DNA from: Podospora anserina | Lineage: Eukaryota | NCBI GenBank assembly: GCA_017654855.1 | Contig: CM030333.1 | Span: forward strand, 62,001-126,000 | Direction of reading: 5' to 3' | DNA: 64,000 bases | Notes under the pieces: model-generated | The model's database searches: none | The model's input: only the letters and a program-made list of their open reading frames with translations | Told to the model about the DNA's origin: nothing | Shown here: positions 22,839-40,781 of the stretch, one piece after another | Position numbering within the stretch: the stretch's first letter is position 1 | Layout of the letters: each line of letters opens with the position of its first letter | Translations under genes and position numbers: made by a program

Positions 22839-24064
22839 TGTGTTTATCACAGGCCGTTGGCGAAGAGGTCGAGATGACGGAATCAGGGGGCAAGGTGAGG
22901 AAATTGGTCTCGAATTAATATTGGGGACGATAGATACCTATGAATCAAGTCTCGGTGACAGTGTAAGCTGAGCACACGTCGCCAGACCCACAGCAGTCGA
23001 GAGAAGGTGTGGTACGTTGAACAGAAAGAGGAACCTTCTCGGATGCTATTTCCAAACTTGGCTTCATAATCTCGGCTGAAGTCTAAGCCTGCATCGTTGC
23101 CTGTAGTGCTTTTCATTCCATGTGTGCTACATATAATGGCCAAGCCGGGGTTGTCTGGCCGTGGGTTAGACAGGCGCTCTTGGTTCCGTGGGCTTGTTCG
23201 CTACCACGCTTAACTGGCGATTATCCTATTTTTAGGGACTCGAGTGACAGTTGACGTTCACATTACAAAGGACACCTAAATATGGCACCTCGGTCCTCGA
23301 AATCAGGTAACGACTGCGAACACAAATGGTAGTAGTCCAGGTACTTGGTTCTCTAAGAGACTACCTTACCCGGGACCCAAGACATGTCAGTGCAAGACAA
23401 GCTCCCGACACACCCGTGGAATGGAATTGCATTCCCTTCTTTCCCGTGGCCAGGAGACTTATCCTCTTTCCCATATGTGCTTGGGGCAACTTACATGGTA
23501 GTCAGGAGCGGCACATCCTTGGCTCCGCTTACCATCTGTGGAACTAGCAACGGATGAATTTATCAATCGTGCCTTACAGGAGGCAGGTAACTCGAGGTAA
23601 CCGGTGATACAGTGCATAAGGTGCTGTTGGAGCCGTCAGCAGCCTTTTGTTCTCGACCTCATAAGCGGGCTGAAAAAGGGGCCCCTTTTGGGCACTTGCT
23701 GTTTATCGACCCTAGTTTCCGACTTATCAGAACAATTTCTGGTTCATTCTTGCGAAACTCGCAGTTCCCACACCTGCACACCACTGTGGCTTCCGCAAGT
23801 CAACGGCAATGTCCGCCAAAGACAGGCCCTCCTTGCCGCAGATAGTGGTCGGTAGTGGGGTCGGTTTCGCTTCGTTTGTTCCAGAATCGTTCTGCGCCGC
23901 CCCGCATTGCGTCATTTAAACCTCTGGAAGTGAGTGCGCCTTCATTTTCTCGGTTGGGAAAAAAATACATTTGTTATGATCATCAGCCATCGCTTCAGCA
24001 AGACACAACGTTGAACTTTGACACACTGAAAAGGATCAAACAACAACCAGCAACCGGCTCAATC

Positions 24065-25067
24065 ATGAGTTCCCAGCCCCTCAAGATCGGGTTTGTTCCC
24101 GAGCATTTCTCGACGCCCATTTACTTTGCCCACAAGCACTTTGGACTCGATGCCGAGCTGATCCCCTTTCCCTCGGGGACCGGACACATGATCACGGCGA
24201 TCCGGGCCGGAGAGATCGATGTGGCCATCGGTCTGACGGAAGGATGGATTGCTGGATTGGGCAAGACAGAACAGACTGAGGAGAATGACGGCGGGTATAG
24301 ACTCGTTGGAACATATGTGGAAACGCCGCTTTGTAAGTGCATCCAGCTGCTGTATTGTTGCGGGGGCTGTGACAAAGATTAACCGCTCGAATTCGCTACC
24401 AAAAGGCTGGGCCATCTCAACAGGAAACCAGCGTCCCGAGATCCAATCCGTCGACTCGCTCAAAGGTGGCAAGATTGGCGTCTCCCGTATCGGCTCCGGC
24501 AGTTATGTCATGGGCTATGTTCTAGCGGATCAGCGTGCATGGCTCGTCCCAACCACGGGGGTGGGCACGTCGGCCGAGTCTGCGTCCCCTTACTCGGATT
24601 TTGTGGTGCTCAACACGTTTGAGAATCTCCGGAAAGCAGTGAACGACGGGACTGCGGATTTCTTCATGTGGGAGCATTTTACTTCCAAAAAGTATTACGA
24701 TAATGGAGAGATTAGACGTGTGGGGGAGATCCACACTCCCTGGTCAAGTTGGAAGATTGTGGCTTCCACCAAGTTGGTGAAGGGCACCGCGTTGGATGGC
24801 AGGGTGGATGATCTGCTGGAGAAGCTGAACAAGGGCATCCGGCATTTCAATGAGAATCCAGAAGAAGCAGTCGAGTACATCAGCACGAACTTGGACTACT
24901 CGGAAGAAGATGCTAGGGAATGGCTCAAGACAGTCAAGTTCCCGGAGAGAACACAGGGGGTTGACTTGAACGTGGTCAGGAGTACGGTCGACATCCTGAA
25001 CAAGGCCGGAGTCTTGACCCAAGGGAAAGGGATTCAGGCCGGAGATATGATTGTCAAACAACGATAG
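24065..25067 (+). CDS. Type-2 periplasmic-binding-fold protein (SsuA/NMT1-like superfamily)
   Basis: LKIGFVPEHFSTP, PSGTGHM, GLTEGWIAG; intron 24333-24405 gives PLCWAIS; GVSRIGSGSYVM, ADFFMWEHFTSK, IHTPWSSW. Confidence 0.85.
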
Positions 25068-25186
25068 GCACCGGGTATTGTGGGTTCTTGATCTGTTTCA
25101 GCGATTTTGTTTAGAAATTTTCTTAGACTAGGGCCTTGCGGCATTGACCTTGCATTTGTTCCACTTTTGATAGGCTCTTGCAACTG

Positions 25187-25705
25187 TCAGACTGGAGCTT
25201 GTTCTGTTGTGTTCTGGCACTCTAGATACATGGCATCGTTGCCATATCCTCTCAATTTTGCTGACATGTCTGCGTCATCCATCCCAGGCTCGAACCCAAA
25301 TCGTTTCCAAAAGGCCAGTGTGCCGTACACTGAGATAAGACAGGTAGTGCGGCAGTTGCGCGCAACGTCCAAAACCTTCTTGATACCTTCGGCAGCTAAT
25401 CCACGTCCCTGGAATGAAGGGAGAATGGCGAGGTCGTGAATGTAATAGTGGTCGGCAGTCGGGGGTATCTCAACGAGCAGGGTATCCAGAGCGGGAGGGC
25501 AATGTCGTCGAATGGGATGTGATATGATATAGCCGCAAATCTCCTGCCTTGATTCCAGAACGAAGCATCCCTCAGGGAAGAGTTCTACCCGCTCTGCGAA
25601 AACAGAAGCACCTTCAGGGAGACCGGGGTGGATCTCATCAGCAACAAGCATGACAGCCGAGAGATCGTGGTTGTACATGGGGCGCCATGAGGCCGTTGGG
25701 TTCAT
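25187..25705 (-). CDS. GNAT-family acetyltransferase
   Basis: YIHDLAILPSFQGRGLA (acetyl-CoA motif), FWKRFGF; ATG at 25705. Confidence 0.85.
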   Translation of the reverse strand: MNPTASWRPMYNHDLSAVMLVADEIHPGLPEGASVFAERVELFPEGCFVLESRQEICGYIISHPIRRHCPPALDTLLVEIPPTADHYYIHDLAILPSFQGRGLAAEGIKKVLDVARNCRTTCLISVYGTLAFWKRFGFEPGMDDADMSAKLRGYGNDAMYLECQNTTEQAPV

Positions 25706-26354
25706 TTTGGCGTTTAAAGTTGTTTCATGCCAAATCAAGAGGATTACAAGATGGTGATCAGTCACAAGAATGATAAGTGAGGTAAATTCCCAATGGCAGC
25801 TACGGTTTGAATGAGTCATGGCATTGACCCACTGCTGCTTGGTCTCCCTCGCTGTGGAGTTACCTGGTGGCTTTCAAGGGCTCATGTTTCTGCCTTCTCT
25901 TGCACGTTACTGCTCGCAGACTGTAGGATTGCTTATTTTACCCCCAAGACTGTTAAATGACTCCTACTTGCGGAGGCAGATATGTCCTTCTAGCAGACGC
26001 CGGTGGAGCTGAACATATCTCACGCAACCTACCTCGTCGTAGATAGGTATGCAAGTACCCCTGAAGAAACGGGCAGACAATGATCCAGGAAAAGCATAAT
26101 GGCCGGTTCATTGTGAAGTGCCAATTCTTCCTTGATGGGGCCGCTGTGATACAAGGTAGGTAGGTTAATGCCGAATGTGGGTATCTTGGCCACCCCGCGC
26201 AATAGACATTTACCCACGGCAGAGTCCATATTGCCTCGAAGCCTCTCGGCTTATAGATCACCCTGGCCAGTGTAAGAACGACCTTCAAACATACCTATCT
26301 AGATCAACCTCGTCCCAGAAAATCGGTGTTATACCATCGACGCAGTTTATCACC

Positions 26355-27406
26355 ATGAAGCCTCAGGTCGTTCTCTTTCTCGCCTCTCTTCTTGCAGCAG
26401 GGCAGGCAGCACGACCCTGTCCAGCATCTCCTGCTCCAATTTCCTGGCAGATTTCCGAATGGACCTACGATGCGCCCGATCGATCTCTACCAGGACGGGC
26501 AGGGACCGACTCGGTGATTGGTCTCTATCTCTCCACGAGCGGCACAACGTACAGCTGCTTCGGAATGTGGCCCGAGGAATGGAAAGGGTTTACTCAAGAC
26601 AAATCCGCTTTGCTCTGGAGCAGTTGCGTGAACATTTTTGGCAGGCCAATCGATGACACGGTTAGTTTTGCGATGGACTGGGAGAAAAGAATTCTGTATG
26701 CGAGCCATACTTTCAGTTGTGAGAACGAAGAGTATGTATAGCCGCGCAGACCAACAAGGGGGCCAAGTGTCATTGCTGACATATTCGTGTCGGACGCGAA
26801 CAGAGTGTCTGGATTGGCCACCGCATCCATCGTCTTGCCTACTTCATGCGATAACACGGGCTCGGGGGGCAACCCAACGCGCTGTTTGACGACGTCGAGG
26901 CAGATCAATCTCAGCACAACGCTGCAGGCAAGAGGACAAAGCCCTTGTTCTTCAGCACCCGCATCAGGGAGATATCTGGAATCTTGGGAGATCAGAAACC
27001 ATACTAGTCTGTACGAGTCCACGCCAGAAACCGAGGGCAACTTGTTTGTTGCTGTCAATACAGCCACAAACGAGATATTTGAGTGCGCCAGCGAGGACCT
27101 TGCCGGAAATGGTGTTTGCACTCCGGTGGGTGCGTCGGGGGGGTTGACCATCGCCTCATTTAACCTGGATCCCGTTAGAAAGCTGCTTGCAATGCGCCAG
27201 GTTTGGGCTTGTGGCAGCGGAGTTGGGTGAGTGCACGCATTCCAGACAAACCCCGATGGATGAGAGGAGAGGTGACTGATGACTTGGTTGTTGATGTTAG
27301 CACGGTTGAAGCGCTTGGGGCTGCCTCTGTTCCTGCTCCCTGTTTTGAAGATGACGTTCCTATATGCGAGTCGAGCAGATTCTGGGTTGGTGGAAGCAAG
27401 GCATAA
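26355..27406 (+). CDS. Secreted protein with two tandem Cys-containing beta domains (Alt a 1/AA1-like, tentative)
   Basis: Signal MKPQVVLFLASLLAAGQA; introns 26732-26803 and 27227-27300; internal duplication SWQI..C..C..FAMD...HTFSC / SWEI..C..C..FNLD...QVWAC. Confidence 0.75.
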
Positions 27407-27690
27407 GCTGTAGTTTCTAGATAGATACCTCAGCTGTATCAAAGCCCTTAACCCTGACGTGCCACTGTGTGACTGTGCCTGGCAGCTCTCACCGCCCGAC
27501 CCACTCAACCCCCGGGCATCTACGGTAGGTGGGGCTCCCCAACATTCGCCCCACCATTTTGCCCAGCTCTCGACTTCTGTCATCAGCAACACTTTTGGCC
27601 AAACCACCAGATCCCGACCTCACCGACCACTGCCGCCCAACATCACCAGACATCACGACCGGCGTCGATCGCCGTAACTTTTCCCCAATC

Positions 27691-29343
27691 ATGGTTCTTC
27701 AAGATTTAGGTCGGCGCATCAATGCCGCCGTCACCGACTTGACGCGCGCCCCAAATCTCGATGAAAAGGTAGTTATCCTTTCCTTTTCCCTTTCCTTTCC
27801 TTCTCCTTGGGCCTACCCTTGCCTTTCTGCGTGTCTCAGCCGCTAACGAGTCGCACGTTGCAATCACTAGGCCTTCGACTCTATGCTCAAGCAGATTTGC
27901 TCCGCCCTCCTCGAAGCAGATGTCAATGTCCGTCTCGTCGGCCGGCTCCGAAAAGACATCAAAGCCGCAGTCAACTTCAAAGACCTCCCCCCAGCAGTCA
28001 ACAAGAAGCGCCTCATTCAGAAAGCCGTCTTCGACCATCTCGTCGACCTCGTCGACCCTCATGCCGAACCCTTCAAGCCAAAGAAGGGCAAGTCCAATGT
28101 CATCATGTTTGTCGGCCTTCAGGGTGCCGGCAAGACCACAACCTGCACCAAGCTTGCTCGCCATTACCAATCACGTGGCTTTCGCGCCTGCTTAGTTTGC
28201 GCCGATACTTTCCGTGCCGGTGCCTTTGATCAGCTCAAGCAAAATGCGACCAAGGCCAAGATTCCATACTACGGCAGCTTGACGGAAACCGACCCGGCCG
28301 TCGTAGCCAAGGAGGGTGTCGACAAGTTCAAGAAGGAGAGGTTCGAGGTTATCATCGTGGATACATCTGGCCGTCATAGGCAAGAAAGTGCCTTGTTTCA
28401 GGAAATGATGGACATCCAGAACGCCATCAAACCAGACGAGACCATCATGGTGCTCGACTCGAGCATAGGGCAGCAGGCCGAGGGGCAGGCCATGGCCTTC
28501 AAGGAAGCCGCCGACTTTGGCGCCATCATCATCACAAAGACCGACGGCCATGCTGCCGGTGGTGGAGCAATCTCGGCCGTCGCTGCCACCCGCACACCCA
28601 TTGTCTTTATCGGTACCGGAGAGCACATGCTGGACTTGGAGCGCTTCGTACCCAAGAACTTTATCTCCAAGTTGCTGGGCATGGGTGACATGGCTGGTCT
28701 GGTGGAGCATGTCCAGTCGCTGAAACTGGACCAGAAGGACACGATCAAGCACATTACAGAAGGCATCTTCACTGTGCGGGACTTGAGGGATCAGCTGCAG
28801 AACATCATGAAGATGGGCCCGCTATCCAAGATGGCGGGCATGATTCCCGGCATGAGCAATATCATGGCCAACATGGACGACGAAGAAGGGAGCCTGAAGC
28901 TGAAGAGGATGATCTACATCTGCGACAGCATGACGGACAAGGAGCTGGACTCGGACGGCAAGATCTTCATCGAGCAACCGACGCGCATGACAAGAGTGGC
29001 GCGGGGTTCTGGAACGACAGTCCGGGAGGTGGAGGACTTGCTGACACAGCAGAGGTTGATGGCCGGCATGGCGAAGAAGATGGGCGGCAACATGAAGAAC
29101 ATGCAGAGGGCACAGAATGCCATGGGTGGAGGCAACAAGGCCCAACAGTTGGCTGCTATGCAGAAGCGGTTACAGAGCATGGGCGGCGCCGGCGGGGCTG
29201 GTGGTGGCATGCCCGATGTGGGCAGTCTGATGAAGATGCTTGGCGGCGGGGGCGGACCCGGGGGCGGCTTTGACATGAACGCCATGATGAAGCAGATGGG
29301 CGGCATGATGGGCGGAGGAGGAGGACGGGGCGGGAGGAGGTAG
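27691..29343 (+). CDS. srp54: Signal recognition particle 54 kDa subunit
   Basis: [14 protein letters not shown]; intron 27769-27870; [26 protein letters not shown]; Met/Gly-rich M domain. Confidence 0.98.
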
Positions 29344-29604
29344 TTTCGGTTTGCAAAGTCTTGAAGTCTTATACCAAAGGGAGAGGGTTTTGCATTAGTT
29401 TGGCGTCCGGGGTCTAGGGTCTGAAATGGGGCCAGCCATGGCGGCGGCTGTTTACGATAAATACACGCACACACATACCTACAGATCACATTCAAGAAAG
29501 CCCTGACTTGTCTTGCTAGGAGCAAACGATAAACCCGGAATGATGATTCTACTAATACAGCGAATGGGCCTATATATTTGCCCACTACACGCTCACGAAT
29601 TTCG

Positions 29605-31570
<1,966 letters not shown>

Positions 31571-32425
31571 GAGATTGACGGACTGTGGTAGTTACGATGT
31601 TGTAGGGTTAAGCAAGACCCGTCGAAGTGAACAGCGTGGACGCAAAAAAAGCCGGGTGCAGACTCAGCTGGCCGATCTGGAATGGTGGCTTTTGCCAAGA
31701 GACTTGGGGTGCATTATCTCCGGGTCAATTCGTTCGAGCAAGTGAATGCATCTCAGCCACCGGGTATATCGATGCCGAAGATGGTTGGGCTCTACTGGCA
31801 AGGCATGGACTTCAGCGCCTTAGGTAGAGCCAAATGGGAGTCTTGCTGTGCTGATGGCATGGTTTCAGAACATGTAAATGGATATATATGTACAGATCTA
31901 TGTATTGGACGGCTACGAGCTTCCACACGCCACACCTAACTTGGACGCCGACATCTCCCTCTTCTCAGCATGTTGATGAGTACGTTGGCAAACAGTCGTG
32001 GCAGAACGCGCGAATGAAGGAACCAAAATTCCGACTTGCAAGACCCTTCTTTTGTTTTACGAGAATTCATATGCAGTTAGGCAAATGCCATGCGAAAGTG
32101 CGTTGATAAGTAAATAGACTAAAAAGAGAAATGCAGAATGGAATTTAAAAAGACCCTTTTGACGATGGTCAAGGCTTTTAAACCACGCCGAAGGACCCCC
32201 TATATAAGGTACATGACTGAAAAAGCAATCACCCTCGTAGTTCCTACAAGAATGAGCGAGCAAGCAGCATGATGTTATTTCCACCGAGGTTCAATACATT
32301 AGACATACATGGGCAACTATCAGGTACCTCGGATAAAGAATGAATTCTTCGGTTCTTGACTACCTGTACCTAAAATTCAAGGGCTTCTAGCCCCTAACGA
32401 GACCCAGGGCGGGTGCTATCCTCTA

Positions 32426-33903
32426 CTAATTAGGAGTCAAGACATAAATCTCGCCCTCGGCGCTGTTATCGCTTCCCACAAACAACCCTCTGCCCGCCGG
32501 ATCCCAAGCAGCGGCTGTCAAGCGGAAGCAGTTGCTCATGGTTAGCCCATTGGCAGTGCAGCTTCCTGGGTTTGGTGCCGAGAAAATGTCCTTGTATCCC
32601 GTCATGCTGTCGGCCGGGGCAACAGGTTCGTACGTTCCATTGGCCAACTTTGTGAAGGGAATCTGGACAACCTTGAAGCCTGTGGCAGGCTGTCGATTCC
32701 AGCTCCCGTGGAACGTGACATACATATTCTTTGCATCGGAATCAAATGTGTTGGCAATGGGGGCCGAGTGCGCTTGGAAGGTCAGCCGGGGTGGCACTGC
32801 TCGACCGTTGCAGGTCGCATCGTTATAGGACGAGTTTGGTGAGACTACAAAGTGGGAGCCAGTCTTGAGATTGGAGTTGGGGAAGTTGGCCGGGTTCCAG
32901 ACAGAAAAGCAGGTCGGATATCCGTACCAAGCATTTCGAACGGTAAGGGGGTCACCGACTGCCACCATGTTAGTCAATGAACATGGATGGGTACGGTAGG
33001 TCACGACATGACTAACGGTTATTGAGCTTCTCGGCCGGGTTATCGATGTGAATATCGCGGCGCTGCCCATTTTCAGTTCGGGCAAAGTCCTAGAGCTGTT
33101 AGTACGGAATGTAAAGGCGAAAGGTGGAAAGTACATACGTCGCCGCTGTTCTCGACACCCCAGAACACGCCATTGGGATCGGCTGTGAAGCCAATCTCAT
33201 TCCTGAGACCATATCCATACACCTCCCCTTCGGTATTGTAGTTGAAGCCGTTGCTAGGTGCCTTGCTGGCGTCAAAGATTTTGATGATGGCCCTGCCAGT
33301 GCCAGGCTGCTGAGATGCCATGTCAAAGTTGGAGTTTGACCCAACTTGCAGCAACACGAGATTGGGCTGCTGGGGGACTACGGCAACCGTTCTCGATGAA
33401 TGGATGCCGGTTGACATGCCCCTGACGATGGTCTTTTGGTTGCTGATCTTGCGGGTAAGGGGGTCGTAGGCCCAGCTCCACAGCGTTGTCTCACTGCTGG
33501 CATAGAGTGTCTTGCCGTCTGGAGTGATGGAAAGGCCGTGGTTGATTTGGTTGCCAGATATAAGCATGGTGGTGCTATTGATGCACCCGTTATCTCCAAA
33601 TGTGTGCACAGAGATGCCACGCGTGTTTTGTGAAACCAGCATGTTGCCCTCGGTGTCCCACACGATGGTGCGCACTTGCTTGAGACCACCGGCAATCTTC
33701 ATGGCGGACCATCCCGATTCCAACTTGTATTGGTAGCGGAAGTTGGCAACACCACTGCAGCTGGCAGGTTTTGGTAGCTGTCTGACAGCGGCCTCAGTGC
33801 CTTTTTGATGTTGTTAGAATTCAAACGGGAAGACAGGGGCACAGAAAGCAAACCAACCGCTTGCCAAAGCTGCCACCGCAGCGACAATCTTGAACAGATG
33901 CAT
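32426..33903 (-). CDS. Secreted PQQ-dependent sugar dehydrogenase (AA12-like)
   Basis: Exons 33903-33858, 33800-33139, 33089-33017, 32958-32426; GSNSNFD, YGLRN, VENSGD, DNPAEKLN, YGYPTC, QAHSAP, FHGSWNR. Confidence 0.9.
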
Positions 33904-34856
33904 CCTTTGCAATGAATCAAGTGGATATCTATCACGTATATGCAGGTTTGAAATGACAGTGACGCCGGATGGGAGCAAAAGACAGCCTGATACCATGCCG
34001 AGAAAAGGGACAACAACGAGGTCAAATACTAGAACCGGGGGACGTTCCACGGGTTGGTTGGTGCATTATGTTCATTGCTATAATATCTAATGAAGTCGTG
34101 AGCGAAGATCGCATCCTGGTTGTAGTAGGAGTCGGGGTGGGATGCTGCGGAATAGAGTGAAGTTGATAGCCTGTTCGGCAGATTGGCTTCCGATAAGTGA
34201 TGTCTCCGCGAGCAAGGGCTCAGCGGCAGTGGATAGAATGATGCAAGCACGGTGCCTGGAGGAGATGATTGGTTGTGGGGACTTGTGAGAGATTAGGTCC
34301 GATGGATGTTTTGCCGAGGTTGGTGTTTGATGAGAGGGTTGATGACGAACTCACTGCCTCCTCCATCGGCTGATGGGTGGTTTGGTGTGCGTCTGTCTAG
34401 GTATATAAGATTCCGTCTGGATTGATCCGGGAGGGCTTTTACATACCTTGGTGGATAAGACCTAGAATATATCTAGAACCTGCACTTGTTCATGACAAGC
34501 TTTTGTGTGGCGTGCCAAGGACATCTTGGCCTCTTGGTCCGTTGCATTTCCAGTGCTTGTTCTTACTTCACTTTTCCTTGGGCTCAGACCCTCCCTGCAG
34601 AACATGATGGTGAATGGCCGGGCCACAGATTGGGGGTTGAGGACGGGAACCATACCGCGGTCGGGACCGGAAGAATGGATGCCCTGGGGTCCTTGACTTC
34701 CATTCCACTAAGCAATGTCCCTGTCGGGTCCATATTTGGTCCCGATCCACCTCTGGTATTCTGCCGGGTCTTGATCACAAAGGCTGCCCCGCATCGTTCC
34801 GGTTGTTCTGTCCCTCCTTGCCCATCTCAGTCCCACAGCTTTCAGAGACCTGAACA

Positions 34857-35313
34857 ATGTCCTCTCTTCACTTCCTCGCCATTTTGTCTCCCAAACCAGA
34901 CAGGGTAGCGCGGGTGAGTACATCACAGCTCAGGCCTGTTCATAAACGAAACACACAGAGACTAATCTTGAGTTGCAGGTAGAGGAGATAGCAGAATCTG
35001 TCTCCAACTATGTCAAAGAAAATGAGACCGGGGTGCTGCAGTACCAATGGTTCCGAACTGGGACTGAGGAGAAGCCCAAGATAGTTGTGTGGGAACAGTG
35101 AGTACCACCAGACCCACAGCAGATCCGCTTCATGGTGTGGGGGTTCGTGGACTGAAGACGTCTAGATATGCCGATCAAGCTGCGGTCGATATTCACAAAT
35201 CGAGTTCGAAGCTGGCGTGGTTGATTGAGACTGAAGAGAAGGAGAGCAACATGCAGGAGCCGATTGAGGTTCTGCCACTCGAGCCATTTGCTGGGTGGGC
35301 ACCTCAAAGCTAG
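34857..35313 (+). CDS. Small ABM-like (dimeric alpha-beta barrel) protein
   Basis: Exons 34857-34913, 34979-35097, 35166-35313 give MSSLHFLAILSPKPDRVARVEEIAESVSNYVKENETGVLQYQW...IVVWEQYADQAAVDIHKSS. Confidence 0.85.
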
Positions 35314-35712
35314 GGTACCAAGATTGATAATTGCCTAACTTATCTGTTGCGGAGAAAGCGGACCAATCCGATGTCGCCGTCATGCCAAGACCTTCCGTTC
35401 AGAGCAACCTTCCTCAAAGGTGCCATCTTGAATCGCAACAAATAAAAGTGAAAGTGACAGTTGCTCTCCCAGTTGTGTGTCGTGGCCTGCAGACCTCACT
35501 GAGGTTGCCCTGCTTTTGCCCAGGTTGCCCATTTCGCCCAAGAATCACATGACTTCCCGACCATTTCGCGTCCCAGCTGGCAGCTGGTTGGTCTGCTCCA
35601 CTTTCCCACAATTCCCAAAGCGCGTCGTTCCTGCACTCCTCAATCTTTGCCGCGTTTGCAATCCTGCACTCCTCATTCTTTGGCAAGGAGCGGCAGCAAG
35701 ATTCTCACCAAT

Positions 35713-38234
<2,522 letters not shown>

Positions 38235-40561
38235 CGGCCTAGTCAGTGTTGGTCACCAGCTATCTTGATGAAGGGGAGGATCACAGCTCGATGGGATAAA
38301 TGTTTATCATCCATTTTTTGTTGCGGTGTGAGTGGTTTAGTTCCAGGTTGCGGAATGCGCCAAGGTCATTTAGTTAGTACTACCGTATGTATGTACGAAT
38401 TACCTAGAACCACGATAGTTGCGGTTCTCTTAGCTTTTGCTCTGTGCAGTCTCGTTTGTGTTGAGCTCCGTCGCGATTGCAAAGAAATGGTTGAACCCGA
38501 GTCCAGAGCCGGTTATGCAGCCGCGTTATCCGAGTCCGATACTAAACATTATTCAACCATCGAATGGGAGCATGCGGTAAATTAATACTGGCGCAGAGTG
38601 GAGGGACCAGACCATCAGGAAACCCAGGCCAGTGCATGCTAATTGATTGGTATTATATGCATGTGAGGCCTTGCTTGATATGTATACCACCCATTCTTGT
38701 TACAATGTGCGATACCACAACATTCACGATACCGCAACTGATGCAACCAACCCGTGCTGCTCCAACCCGTGCTGTACCCTATCTCGCCACGCATCACCTG
38801 CTTGCTCCTGGATCGGGATGGATGGAACGTAAGCATGGGATTGCAGCCCTATCAGCCATCATAACGCACATGTAGCTGGGGAGCGTGTTGCTGAGGCACT
38901 TCCAAGTTCTCTTGCAATTTTGACCATACCTACCCTAACACAACGTCCAACCAACACCAAGTACCAACAGTACTACTGCAGCAGTGATCATCTGTCAGAA
39001 AAGATCAGTGCATCCAATACCCCCCTCACCCCCGGGTCATAACTCGCGTAGCAGATATTAAACATCATGTCGGGAGACCCTGACTTTTATTCCCGCCCAA
39101 AATCTCGCTGTTGGTATCCGTCCCAACGATACTCCCGACGCCGTGAAATGTGAGATTGTGGTCCCGGGCACGCAGCCCTCATTTAACCGGCGGTAGAGAC
39201 CAAGGTACAACTCTGGCAGAAAACCGCCGGGCGCAGAGGATTGCAGAAACTGCCTAGGTACTGTAGGTAGGCAATTTAGTTTGGATCTTTGTGGCGGATA
39301 AAGATGACCACTCTATGATCTGACTTTCTGCCCGAGTCCCGATTCTGTGCCTATGGTAGCTTAACATCATTCGCAATGGTGCTGATGGTTTTATTTTTGA
39401 CTTGTTTGATCTGGGGTGCAACGGTGTATTGGCGTGCGTCGCCCCAATCCCAATGACAGAGCGGCCAGCCAGGGTCCCTTTCTTCATGTTCCATTCTGCT
39501 TCTGTAATGTAGATCCGGGTCAGCGATCAAAACACCAACGTACCGTGGATGGGGAAATTGCGGCGTGGGTGCTAGTAGTCGGCATGAACAGCTAGCGTTC
39601 ATGCGTTGAGTGCACGGAAACGCCGCCATCAGAACGGCATCATGGAAGACTCGCTATTTCATGAACACGGAGGATGTAATAAAAGTCGTCGTGAAATAAG
39701 TTTCGCTTGATGCGGTCAAGAGAAACCTTGAAGTTTCACTGATGCCAAGCTGGAGGGGACGGGAATAAATGCTGGCTGCAGAACCAAGCCGTTGGGAAAG
39801 CCACCGCGTCAAACTCAGTCTTGGCCATCCAAAGAAAGAGAGGCTCAAATCCAGGAAGTAGGCCTGCTGGTGAGCACCACTATGATGCGGCAAAACCATG
39901 CCACCACTCCCTCCTCCCAAGACCCAAGACAATGGCAATGATGGGGAGCGAGTCGGATTGGAGAGCCAGCATTGTTGGAAATATTGTTGAGCTGTTGGAC
40001 TTGCCAGCACCTTGGGAGGTTGTCGGAGGAGCTGCCTCTTTGGGAAACCCTGTCGATAGCTTCCATCCCCAACCGTCTCTTTTTGGCGTGGGGCCCGCAG
40101 CGGCAGTTGGCCCAAGCTTTTCGGACAGGCGGAGCAGACACACAGGTGCAATCAACAAGGCGGGACGTCTTGGCCGGCAGAGGAGAAACAGGAAGGGTCC
40201 GAGAAGAGAAGAGCGGGCAGGGCGGAGTGGGCGGGATGGAGCGCCAGGGCGCGATGGAGGTCCAGCGTGGCATCGGCCAAGACGCGATGGACAACACCCA
40301 CCCACCTCCACACCGACCCGTGCAACGTCCAGGTGCAACGGCAGGCGACACCGACACCGAATTTAGGCAGGCTGAAAGCACAAACCGATAGTCGGCCAGA
40401 TATCCTCGGTTGTTTGGGCGCCAATTGTGGTGTTTTCCATGTTTCCCACGGGGAAAAGGGAGAGGGGGCAGTGAGCTTGTTGTGAAGTTTGAACGAGTGT
40501 CGTTGTGAATGGAGCCATTATGAAGCGACGGTTGTGAAGGATCGACCGGTCTGAGCTTTTT

Positions 40562-40781
40562 GTCTGGGGAAATTGCGGGGATGTCGGACGACTCCGTCTG
40601 GGGAAAATCCACACACTCATCCACAGCACATCCACACAACATCCACAATCCCCCGCAAAAAGAGCAGAGGCAGCAGCAAAACAGATGAGCTTGTTGGTGA
40701 TGAGCTTCGGAGATGAGCCGAGATCTGTCGATTCCACTTCTCGTGTCCTCCACCGCTTTTTTCCACACCGAGTCTGGGGAA
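40562..40781. promoter_or_regulatory. Cluster of repeated motifs: GTCTGGGGAA x3 (CreA/Cre1-type SYGGRG) and ATCCACA x4
   Basis: GTCTGGGGAA at 40562, 40596, 40772; GCGGGG at 40575 and on the minus strand at 40651; ATCCACA at 40607, 40619, 40630, 40641. Confidence 0.45.

Noticed and set aside
23300-24405. TPP riboswitch near the NMT1/SsuA-like gene
   Set aside because: I saw no CTGAGA or CTTGAT/CCTGAT aptamer core in the leader or intron, and the protein does not look like a true THI5/NMT1.
38747-38775. CCAACCCGTGCTG tandem duplication
   Set aside because: Two copies only; ordinary slippage with no further structure.
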